This document shows, piece by piece, positions 1 through 6,909 of a stretch of 9,108 nt of DNA. How positions within the stretch are numbered: position 1 is the first letter of the stretch; each line of letters opens with the position of its first letter. The position numbers were made by a program, and so were the translations under genes. The stretch covers positions 1 to 9,108 of the IMG/VR virus record IMGVR_UViG_2534681834_000001. One strand, written 5' to 3'. This stretch comes from a virus. Taxonomy: Monodnaviria; Loebvirae; Hofneiviricota; Faserviricetes; Tubulavirales; Inoviridae. The notes below the pieces were generated by a model, which was not told the origin of the DNA, searched no databases, and saw only the letters and a program-made list of their open reading frames with translations.

Positions 1-129
1 CTATGACATATCTCCCTGGTATCGGCGGACAACCAAAGGCACAACATGAAACATCATCATGCCGCCTTCCATGCCTGACGGCATAAAAACAATAAAACAA
101 ACATCGTCATATTGCTTAAAAAATGCCAT
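1..129 (-). CDS. Hypothetical small protein (about 42 aa) downstream of pIV; speculative
   Basis: By my reading a minus-strand frame is open from the pIV stop down to a TAG occupying window bases 1-3, with an in-frame ATG at 127-129 (a TTG at 163-165 is an alternative). It is below the ORF-track length cutoff and has a weak RBS. The window starting exactly on a stop codon, and ending exactly on the hipB start, suggests gene-boundary trimming. Confidence 0.25.
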   Translation of the reverse strand: MAFFKQYDDVCFIVFMPSGMEGGMMMFHVVPLVVRRYQGDMS

Positions 130-189
130 AAACCAAGATTCATCTTCTGTCCGTTCTCCTCGCAAAGCTGCGGGGATCGGACAGAATTC

Positions 190-1416
190 TCATCTTGGTA
201 CTTTGCGAACCTGAAGCATCACAACAATATCTGTCTTAGAATTTTCTGATGAACGTGAGCCAAAAATAGACCAACCAGACGAAGATTTAGAATCCTTCTG
301 CTCTGCAAGGCCGCCTATCAAAATAATATCACCATCATTCATAACAACGTCTGTTGTCACATCTCGCTTTAAAAGCGTCGGAGAATTATTAACGCCAGTA
401 TCAGTTGCAACAAAATTAGAAAGCTGCTGTTGAATGTTCAAATCAATAGCGTTGATTTTAATAGATGGTTTCACTCTAAACAAAACCCCTGAGCTACGAT
501 ACTCAACAGACTGAGTTGAATTATTACCATTAACTGTAACACTACCTAAAACAGGAACATCGGCACCTACAGAAAAAGAAGCCTCTGTATTATTCTTCAC
601 GCGCAATCTTGGCGAAGATACAACAGAAAATCTGTTATCAGTTGAAAGTAATGTATAAATTGCATCAATTGAACCTGTTTTTAAACTCAAAAAATCACCA
701 GAAGTACTAACGTTAGAGCCAAGAGAAATATTAAATTTTTCAGATATAACTTTAGCAGCAAGTAAAAATCCTGAGCCATCATTCTGACCAGTCTGAACCT
801 CAAAAACATATCCTGAAACAACAACCTCATCAGGAACCGTATCAATGGTTGGCAATATGCTTTTGATAATGTCAATATCTTTTTGTGTGCCATAATAAAC
901 AAGAGAATCACCTAACCTATTGAAATTATTAGAAGCCCCTGAAGAAGAAGTACTGGATATGTTAGTGCTTATATTTCCTGAATTTCCAAATTGACCAGAT
1001 ACAAAACCAGAGAGAATATCAGACAAATAACCAACTGAACGATTTAATGGAGAATACACAAAAACCTTTAAAATGGGAGGTTTTTCTTGAGGTTTAAAAG
1101 GCGTTATGTAGTCAACACCTTTTTTTGTATGAATTTTAATGTTCATATTAGAAAAATAACGTTCAATAAAATCACGCTCATTAACATCCTTGGTTATTTT
1201 AAATGAAACAAGTCGTTGGTCATTGGCTAAATCAGGAGAAATCATATAAGGAACCTTAAAAACCTCTGAATAAATCAAAGAAATAGCCTCAGGTAAAGCA
1301 AGCTTTTTTATTTCAAGCTCAGTGGCAGAAAAACAAGAAAAACTAAAAACATCAAGCACATATATATTAAACGTTTCATTTGTCACCACCTGAATAAAAA
1401 GTAACAAGCTCACCAT
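190..1416 (-). CDS. Filamentous-phage pIV-like outer-membrane secretin (virion export channel)
   Basis: Final gene of the module, about 410-430 aa, with a secretin-like C-terminal region (…DGDIILIGGLAEQKD…IVVMLQVRKV) whose architecture matches M13 pIV as I recall it. The track ORF begins at a TTG (1479); the first ATG (1414-1416) has an AGGA RBS about 7 nt upstream, so I place the start at 1416, overlapping the pI stop by about 40 nt. Confidence 0.85.
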   Translation of the reverse strand: MVSLLLFIQVVTNETFNIYVLDVFSFSCFSATELEIKKLALPEAISLIYSEVFKVPYMISPDLANDQRLVSFKITKDVNERDFIERYFSNMNIKIHTKKGVDYITPFKPQEKPPILKVFVYSPLNRSVGYLSDILSGFVSGQFGNSGNISTNISSTSSSGASNNFNRLGDSLVYYGTQKDIDIIKSILPTIDTVPDEVVVSGYVFEVQTGQNDGSGFLLAAKVISEKFNISLGSNVSTSGDFLSLKTGSIDAIYTLLSTDNRFSVVSSPRLRVKNNTEASFSVGADVPVLGSVTVNGNNSTQSVEYRSSGVLFRVKPSIKINAIDLNIQQQLSNFVATDTGVNNSPTLLKRDVTTDVVMNDGDIILIGGLAEQKDSKSSSGWSIFGSRSSENSKTDIVVMLQVRKVPR

Positions 1417-2413
1417 CAACAATTCCTGTAAGTAAAACACCTTGATAATTAAAGGTGGAAGCAGGAACCATGCGGACAAGACCTGAATTATTTGTAATTA
1501 TCACATAGCTACGCCCTTCTCTTTCAAGTTTCCCAACGATACGCCAAGTTGAAGATAATTTAGGTGTATTTGGAATTTCAGGAACTGAATTAAAATTAAC
1601 AGAACGTAAATTAGATTCCTGAGGCGGCAAATCAGAAGCATCACTCTTGACCAAACCACCATTAAAAAACCTATAAAGATAACCAATGCTAAATATGAAA
1701 ATGAGAATCATAGCAAGAACAACAAAATACAAACTTTTCTTGCCTAAAATGCTAGCCCGATTATCAACAGTAAGTTCTTTGCCATCCCCATTCTCATATG
1801 ATTTATACAAAGGGAATATATCTGGATTATATTTCCTCTGATAACTTGTAATTTTGTTTGACTTATAAAGTTTAGAACCATTAAAAACATCGACACGATA
1901 ACGACTCTTCATGCCAATAGCAATATGCTTTTGCATTCTAAAAGTAGTATCTAACCTTGCTTTAATAAAACGAGGTAAAGAAGAAACCTCCTGATTTATA
2001 ACAACAAGGTCACAACAAACACCAGTTTCAATATTAGTAAAATGACGATGCTCGGCAATAAATGAACGATGATTCTCACAAATGGATTTATCACTATCCC
2101 AAATGCGCCAAGATTCATCAATAACAATCAAATCTCCATACTGACAAAATGTATCTTCAGGACGAGAATCTTTATATGGGAAAAAATCATCAGCTTTGAC
2201 ATCATCATTAGAAACATAAACAACATCACCTAAAGATATATCTTTCCCCGATTTTGATTTTTTCATGCAATAAGCATGAATTTTATCTTTATTTATACCG
2301 TAAATATTAGTAACAACACGACGCCCAGAAGAACAAGCAGGTACAATAACACTAGAAACAACCTCGTATGATTTACCACTACCTAAAGAACCAACATAAG
2401 CAGAAATAGGCAT
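1376..2413 (-). CDS. Filamentous-phage pI / Zot-family assembly ATPase
   Basis: N-terminal Walker A motif GSLGSGKS, directly comparable to M13 pI GKLGSGKT, a single internal hydrophobic segment (YFVVLAMILIFIFSIGYLY), about 345 aa, and located between pVI and pIV. The track start at 2425 is a TTG; the ATG at 2411-2413 puts the Walker A at the N-terminus as in pI/Zot. Confidence 0.85.
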   Translation of the reverse strand: MPISAYVGSLGSGKSYEVVSSVIVPACSSGRRVVTNIYGINKDKIHAYCMKKSKSGKDISLGDVVYVSNDDVKADDFFPYKDSRPEDTFCQYGDLIVIDESWRIWDSDKSICENHRSFIAEHRHFTNIETGVCCDLVVINQEVSSLPRFIKARLDTTFRMQKHIAIGMKSRYRVDVFNGSKLYKSNKITSYQRKYNPDIFPLYKSYENGDGKELTVDNRASILGKKSLYFVVLAMILIFIFSIGYLYRFFNGGLVKSDASDLPPQESNLRSVNFNSVPEIPNTPKLSSTWRIVGKLEREGRSYVIITNNSGLVRMVPASTFNYQGVLLTGIVDGELVTFYSGGDK

Positions 2414-2417
2414 AAAA

Positions 2418-2711
2418 CTAACCAATAATCGGAATTCTACGAATAATAAAACGAGTAATATATGCGTTAAATATTAACTGAAAACCTTCATTGAACTTAA
2501 ATAAATCAAAAAAATACCACATAGGAGCAGGTAAAGCTCGAAATAAAGCTGGCACGTTAAAATTAAATGGTATCCATGAAGATAATACATAAATGAACTC
2601 ATGAACAACAAAAAGAAGTCCAAAAAACAAAACAAACCTAATGATAACAGTTCTAAAAATAAAACCTAAAAGAACATTAACGATACTAAATAACAATCCA
2701 AATAAAGCCAT
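2418..2711 (-). CDS. pVI-like minor coat protein (hydrophobic, 97 aa)
   Basis: Highly hydrophobic small protein in the pIII-pI slot, with an ATG start and a GAGG RBS. Its stop lies 4 nt before the pI ATG. Assignment is by position and composition only. Confidence 0.6.
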   Translation of the reverse strand: MALFGLLFSIVNVLLGFIFRTVIIRFVLFFGLLFVVHEFIYVLSSWIPFNFNVPALFRALPAPMWYFFDLFKFNEGFQLIFNAYITRFIIRRIPIIG

Positions 2712-2726
2712 TTTAAAACCTCAATG

Positions 2727-4199
2727 TCACGTAGAAAGCAAAATACGCAAGGAAATTAAAGCCCATATCAAAGAAGAAATGACACCAATAAAAGAACGGT
2801 ATTCCTCCAAAAATACGCAATGCATATCAATAACGTAATCTCTATCAAACACATTAAATTTAGCAACAGGACATGTAGCAGAAAGACCTGATGGACGTAC
2901 TTCTAAATCTCGATACTGATTAAAAAGTTCTTTAATTGGACGAAGTATCTCCTCCGCAGAAGGTGGTGTATCTAGCGTCGGTTCCGGCACGTCTGGATGA
3001 CTAAAATCAGGATTATTTGTACCATTATCAGAACCGCCACCTGACTCACCAGAAGAAAATCCAGGCGCACTAATATTCACATCAGAAGATGGTGAATTTT
3101 GAGCTGGATACATATAATCAAATTCTGTCAAAGAACCATAATTAGGATAAGCAACTTTTATTTCATTCGATGTTACAGGATTTGTTGAAGATACAGGGAC
3201 TCCCTGATAATCTGGCTGGGATGCTGCATCCATTAATAAATTATTTATCATCTTAGCAAGAGTATCCAAATCCATAGGGACTTTCTTTAATCCATCCATA
3301 ACAGAAAACCCATCATCATCAGTTGCCATCTTATAATCAGAAAAAAGAATCTCTAGAGCCTTATCAAAATCCTTATTAAAATACACCTGTATACCCTGAA
3401 TAGGAGTAATAGTAGTAGTTATTGACTCACTATCTGTATTTAAATAAGAAGAAGTATAGCTATATTTTACAGACGAGGCCGCCCCCTCTTGTCCTTCATT
3501 TACCGATAAAATATTCAACTTATAGCTACAAGATTTATCAGGTGCCCGGCAAGTTAAACCACCACCTGATGCAACTGAATTAAAATATCCTTGAGCAACC
3601 CCAGTAACAGAACCTACAATAAATGGCCCCTTACAAGATGTACCATAAGTACATTGCCACCAACGATAACCGGCACTTACCTTATCAACAGTATCATAAC
3701 TATTCATATTAAGTGAGTCAGCACTGATGACAAAAGGATTATCAGGAGTTGGTTCAAAATCTACAGTAAACGTTTTATCACCAAAATTAACCTCCCATTT
3801 ACCGTTACCTAAAGCTTTACCAGATGTGGCAATTAAATAACGACCATTATCAGAAAAATTTTCAGCAGTAAGAGACCCAACGGAATATCCAACTCCAGCC
3901 CATGTCAATGCACCTGAAGCACTACGGAAAAAGCCCTTGCTGGCAATAGATGGCGATTTTGACAACACAGTTTTAGATACTGCTGTAGATGTATTCCTAA
4001 CCATTAATGAATAAGCAGATTCGGTAGTCGTTACCTGAAGAGCTCTAGATGAAATCACCCTACCAAGCACAGTTGGAAGAACTGCCCTAGTTACAAGTAA
4101 AGGATTAGAGTAAACTTTCTGCACTGGAATTAATAAAGAGAAAAAAAATATAAAAAGAGATGTTAAAGCGATAACCCTTTGATTACAGCCCAAGCGCAT
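2727..4199 (-). CDS. pIII-like minor coat / adsorption protein (490 aa)
   Basis: N-terminal signal-peptide-like hydrophobic stretch, Cys-containing N-terminal domains, a Gly/Ser-rich linker (SSGESGGGSDNG) and a C-terminal domain with membrane anchor (…CPVAKFNVFDRDYVIDMHCVFLEEYRSFIGVISSLIWALISL…) that resembles the M13 pIII C-terminus pattern C.P..F…IDC…FR. It sits immediately after the pVIII terminator. Confidence 0.75.
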   Translation of the reverse strand: MRLGCNQRVIALTSLFIFFFSLLIPVQKVYSNPLLVTRAVLPTVLGRVISSRALQVTTTESAYSLMVRNTSTAVSKTVLSKSPSIASKGFFRSASGALTWAGVGYSVGSLTAENFSDNGRYLIATSGKALGNGKWEVNFGDKTFTVDFEPTPDNPFVISADSLNMNSYDTVDKVSAGYRWWQCTYGTSCKGPFIVGSVTGVAQGYFNSVASGGGLTCRAPDKSCSYKLNILSVNEGQEGAASSVKYSYTSSYLNTDSESITTTITPIQGIQVYFNKDFDKALEILFSDYKMATDDDGFSVMDGLKKVPMDLDTLAKMINNLLMDAASQPDYQGVPVSSTNPVTSNEIKVAYPNYGSLTEFDYMYPAQNSPSSDVNISAPGFSSGESGGGSDNGTNNPDFSHPDVPEPTLDTPPSAEEILRPIKELFNQYRDLEVRPSGLSATCPVAKFNVFDRDYVIDMHCVFLEEYRSFIGVISSLIWALISLRILLST

Positions 4200-4250
4200 A
4201 AAAGTCCCCAGAAAAAACTCATTAAATACCAGAAATTTAAAATCATAACC

Positions 4251-4276
4251 AAAAAAAGGGGAGAAACTCCCCTTAC
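4251..4276 (-). terminator. Rho-independent terminator downstream of the major coat gene
   Basis: On the minus strand: AAGGGGAG-TTT-CTCCCCTT followed by a run of T, starting about 10 nt after the pVIII stop. This is the same position as the strong terminator after gene VIII in Ff phages. Confidence 0.7.
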
Positions 4277-4285
4277 CTTAATAGA

Positions 4286-4516
4286 TTAAGCCGATTTAAC
4301 TGTACGAAGAATCCAACGAACGCCAGCAATACCAGCATAAAGTACAACTAATGATGCTGCTACGGCCATAATACCAGTAAGAACAGAACCAAAATCAATT
4401 GAATTGGTAAGTTGACTCAAATCAACCCCTGAAGAAGATGTGCCTGGGTCATCAGCAAAAGAAGGCATAGAAAATGAAGCTGCCAGTAATGAACCTAATG
4501 AAATGATCTTTTTCAT
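4286..4516 (-). CDS. pVIII-like major coat protein precursor
   Basis: From MKKIISLGSLLAASFSMPSFA (signal peptide, AxA-like cleavage before DDPG) the mature ~55-aa protein has an acidic N-terminus, hydrophobic core and basic C-terminus (RWILRTVKSA), the hallmark of inovirus major coat proteins. GGTGG RBS before the ATG at 4514-4516; the track's longer start at 4537 is less likely. Confidence 0.85.
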   Translation of the reverse strand: MKKIISLGSLLAASFSMPSFADDPGTSSSGVDLSQLTNSIDFGSVLTGIMAVAASLVVLYAGIAGVRWILRTVKSA

Positions 4517-4529
4517 AAAAATCCACCAT

Positions 4530-4757
4530 TTATGCATTTCGTATTAACTTGATAATCAAGCTGATGCAATGTGAAAATAAATACAAAGCAACAACCGAAG
4601 TAAAAGCAACCCCCCAATATTGAGCAAATATTGAATAATCAATATCAGAGAATTGCTGGTATGGAATCTCAGAAAAAATTAACTTGACTTCCTTACAGTC
4701 ACCACTGGGTTTAATATCACAAATAGAGGCAATAATAACTTTATCATGAGATTCCAT
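4530..4757 (-). CDS. Small membrane protein (75 aa) at the pVII/pIX position; function unknown
   Basis: Single ORF between pV and pVIII with a C-terminal hydrophobic segment (WGVAFTSVVALYLFSHCISLIIKLI). Ff phages have two ~32-aa proteins (pVII, pIX) in this slot; here there is one longer protein. Assignment is positional only. Confidence 0.5.
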   Translation of the reverse strand: MESHDKVIIASICDIKPSGDCKEVKLIFSEIPYQQFSDIDYSIFAQYWGVAFTSVVALYLFSHCISLIIKLIRNA

Positions 4758-4763
4758 AACTTA

Positions 4764-5036
4764 TCACTTTTCTGCAATAGGAATTAAAACAATCTTACCA
4801 ATACGTAATTTTTGAAAGTCACCAACAAAAATACTGGAAGGATGCAACTGATACAAACCAGCCGGATATGGAGCCTGGCCTTGTTCAAGAGGAATTTTAA
4901 ATAGTTGAGGGTAATCCCCACCGAGGAAAATATAACCAGACTGTTCAGATATCGTATATGGTTTACCAGTGTTCTTAGAAACACCACTACGAGTATCTGC
5001 AACAGCTTGAGTAGGTTTAATTTCAATCTTAATCAT
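4764..5036 (-). CDS. pV-like ssDNA-binding protein (90 aa)
   Basis: The translation MIKIEIKPTQAVADTRSGVSKNTGKPYTISEQSGYIFLGGDYPQLFKIPLEQGQAPYPAGLYQLHPSSIFVGDF… aligns along its length with M13 gene V protein (MIKVEIKPSQAQFTTRSGVSRQGKPYSLNEQLCYVDLGNEYPVLVKITLDEGQPAYAPGLYTVHLSSFKVGQF…, from memory). AGGTG RBS; start 13 nt after the pII stop. Confidence 0.9.
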   Translation of the reverse strand: MIKIEIKPTQAVADTRSGVSKNTGKPYTISEQSGYIFLGGDYPQLFKIPLEQGQAPYPAGLYQLHPSSIFVGDFQKLRIGKIVLIPIAEK

Positions 5037-5049
5037 AATACACCTAATG

Positions 5050-6165
5050 TTAAGCTACACGTAAATAAGACGGCTTTATATACCAAGAAGGAATAACACA
5101 ATCCGAAACAGTTATTTCTCTTGTTTGTTTCACAACAACAGGAGAGAATTTAGAGACATTACATTTTTGAGCAATATCAATACCAATCTTCCTTAACCTT
5201 GCTCGATGTGTCTGGACTTGCTTTTTATTTAAATCAAAAATATGACCGTGAAACCATTGAATTGCATACATGGCTGTAGTATTGGCAGCACGAGTAGTGT
5301 CAACAACACCACGACTAATAAGATGTTCACTAATAGTTTCAAAGTCCATAGCATTCACCGATAACTTTTCATCAAGCTCAAGAAATTCAGAATGTAACTT
5401 ATTTAACAAAGAATAATCAGAAAGTCCCCAATAGCACATGGATTTTTTTTGAAGAAAACGAGACTTTAATTTTTGCTCAAACCTGACAATGCCGTTGTCC
5501 TTGCAGTAATTAATGACATCCATTATATAATTAAATTCTTTAGAATCCTCTGAGAATTTATTTTTGATTTTCGCAAGGCTATGCAACTCAAGCTCATGAG
5601 CTTTGTTATATACTGTTGGGTATATAAGATTGACATTGCCTTTTTTTGAAAGCCAGTCAACGGATTTCCCATTGGAATGCAACCGTGGAATACTATTCCT
5701 GTAAGGTTGAGTAGAAAGACCTGATATATAATCATCCTCATTCCCCTTCCCTACTGATTTGTTTGATGTTATATGCAGTTCTTTAATTAAAGCACCATCA
5801 GTAATCAAATGAGCTTTTTCATTCTCTTTCGATTGTCCAGGCATTAACTTTGTACACTTGGTAAATAAAGGTAATTTCAGTTCAGTTAGAATCTGATTAA
5901 ATACCATGACACAAGCATCTACAGTCGGAAGCCCAAAAAGATTATCAAGACGTCCCCAGCGGGACGGATTTCCAGTCATTTTTAACACTGAACCACGGAT
6001 CGAGATTGAAACAACATCACAGAAAGAGCCACGATGCTGGAAGGTTGGTTGAGATAATGCGCTAGCCTCCCCGCTTTCAAGATGTATACGCTGATAAGCT
6101 ACATCGCTCAGTATCGGCAACTGATAGCCGAAATCCTGTTCGATAGTTAACCAGTCGTAAAACAT
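5050..6165 (-). CDS. pII-like rolling-circle replication initiator (nickase)
   Basis: First and largest gene of the module, directly upstream of pV. The internal segment DNGIVRFEQKLKSRFLQ matches M13 gII SGLVRFEARIKTRYLK (from memory). The track start at 6177 is a TTG; the first ATG (6163-6165) is preceded by a GAGAG RBS. Confidence 0.85.
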   Translation of the reverse strand: MFYDWLTIEQDFGYQLPILSDVAYQRIHLESGEASALSQPTFQHRGSFCDVVSISIRGSVLKMTGNPSRWGRLDNLFGLPTVDACVMVFNQILTELKLPLFTKCTKLMPGQSKENEKAHLITDGALIKELHITSNKSVGKGNEDDYISGLSTQPYRNSIPRLHSNGKSVDWLSKKGNVNLIYPTVYNKAHELELHSLAKIKNKFSEDSKEFNYIMDVINYCKDNGIVRFEQKLKSRFLQKKSMCYWGLSDYSLLNKLHSEFLELDEKLSVNAMDFETISEHLISRGVVDTTRAANTTAMYAIQWFHGHIFDLNKKQVQTHRARLRKIGIDIAQKCNVSKFSPVVVKQTREITVSDCVIPSWYIKPSYLRVA

Positions 6166-6177
6166 AGAATCTCTCAA

Positions 6178-6360
6178 TCATTCAAGATGAGCCGCAAGGC
6201 TCAACACTGATACTTAACGGTATCAATAATGCTATTATCAAACATAACAGACGTCAATGGTATTGATACTAACAAATATCAAAACTGACCCTACAGATTC
6301 AGCTATGAAAAATGGAGGTTAAAATTAAGACTTTGCAATCAGCATGAGAAGGCAGCAGAT
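6178..6360. promoter_or_regulatory. Divergent promoter/operator region between pII (minus) and the HTH regulator (plus); possibly also the plus-strand origin
   Basis: 183-bp AT-rich intergenic spacer between divergent genes. Candidate sigma70 elements for the regulator: TTCAGC (6298-6303), 16-nt spacer, TAAAAT (6320-6325), then an AGAAGG RBS. Candidate for pII on the minus strand: TTGACG (rc of 6252-6257), 17-nt spacer, TAGCAT (rc of 6229-6234). The motifs are weak matches. Confidence 0.5.
6205..6285. repeat. Cluster of TATCAA / TTGATA hexamers (putative operator or iteron sites)
   Basis: TATCAA at about 6221, 6236 and 6276; inverted TTGATA at about 6263; inverted pair TGATAC-N6-GTATCA at 6208-6225; GTATTGATAC at 6260-6269. 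They overlap the candidate pII promoter elements. Confidence 0.4.
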
Positions 6361-6849
6361 ATGGCAGTAGACAAAGAGTGTGCAGAACGTATACGTCTGT
6401 CTATCATCCAAAATTTTACATATGACGATATCGAAAATGAAACAGGTATCAGCGTCAGTACCCTTAAACGGCTGGCTTCTGGAGAAAGGGAACCCAAATT
6501 AATAGAAATCAGGAAGATAGCTAAAGCGACAGGAAAAAATCCGGTATGGTTAGCATTCGGTGAGTCAACCCTGCCTCTGCCTGAGAACCTTGGCGAAGAT
6601 ATGACTGCTTTTGGTTACGGTATGGATTTTAAGTTACAAGGTCATGAAGCAGGTGAAGCGGCGGCGAAAATCCGCCTGATGGCCGCGATCCGGGACATAG
6701 AGAAAGATGATGTTGTTTTTCTGGAAAAATTTATAGACTTGCTGAATCTGGATCGCACAATAAACAGCGTCAAAACCAAACGTTACGGCTACACAGAAGA
6801 AGAAACGCTGAAAAGACTAAACCTTCCCCAGCCGAAGGGGAAAAAGTAA
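6361..6849 (+). CDS. XRE/Cro-CI-type helix-turn-helix transcriptional regulator (putative prophage repressor, 162 aa)
   Basis: N-terminal HTH signature (…TYDDIENETGISVSTLKRLASGEREPKLIEIRKIAKATGKNPVWLAFGE…) typical of phage repressors, with a C-terminal ~90 aa I do not recognise. It is transcribed divergently from pII, like rstR versus rstA in CTXphi, and is noticeably more GC-rich than the structural module. Confidence 0.8.
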   Translation: MAVDKECAERIRLSIIQNFTYDDIENETGISVSTLKRLASGEREPKLIEIRKIAKATGKNPVWLAFGESTLPLPENLGEDMTAFGYGMDFKLQGHEAGEAAAKIRLMAAIRDIEKDDVVFLEKFIDLLNLDRTINSVKTKRYGYTEEETLKRLNLPQPKGKK

Positions 6850-6852
6850 AAA

Positions 6853-6909
6853 TACCGTGGGAAACCACGGTAAAGTTCGGGTGTCACAGAACCCCGAACC
6901 GCTTCGCGG
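6853..6909 (+). other. Three consecutive GC-rich stem-loops immediately after the regulator stop (terminator-like, or ssDNA origin/packaging hairpins)
   Basis: TACCGTGG-GAAA-CCACGGTA (6853-6872; 8-bp stem with a GNRA-type loop), GTTCGGG-N11-CCCGAAC (6875-6899), and CCGC-TTC-GCGG (6899-6909). None is followed by a T-run, so they are not classical intrinsic terminators. Confidence 0.4.

Noticed and set aside
46-78. Tiny plus-strand ORF encoding MKHHHAAFHA, resembling a His-rich leader peptide
   Set aside because: Only 10 codons, with no downstream attenuator structure or biosynthetic operon, and on the opposite strand to everything nearby; most likely chance.
687-911. 74-aa minus-strand ORF
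   Set aside because: Lies entirely inside pIV in a different frame; low-complexity hydrophobic translation typical of an out-of-frame read of AT-rich DNA.
1501-1686. 61-aa minus-strand ORF
   Set aside because: Nested inside pI in another frame, with no independent support.
2641-2838. 65-aa plus-strand ORF
   Set aside because: Antisense to the pVI/pIII junction; Lys/Asn-rich translation from reading AT-rich sequence, with no RBS context.
4130-4200. One-base frame inconsistency near the pIII start in my manual translation (ATG appeared at 4198-4200 rather than 4197-4199)
   Set aside because: Most likely my miscount in the A-run near 4141. The track's 490-aa translation is internally consistent, so I kept the track coordinates. 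Hand-derived motif coordinates between about 4140 and 4285 may be off by 1 nt.
4784-5096. Two overlapping ORFs (4784-5026 minus, 4905-5096 plus)
   Set aside because: Both overlap the well-supported pV gene in alternative frames or antisense.
5523-5741. 72-aa minus-strand ORF
   Set aside because: Internal to pII in a different frame.
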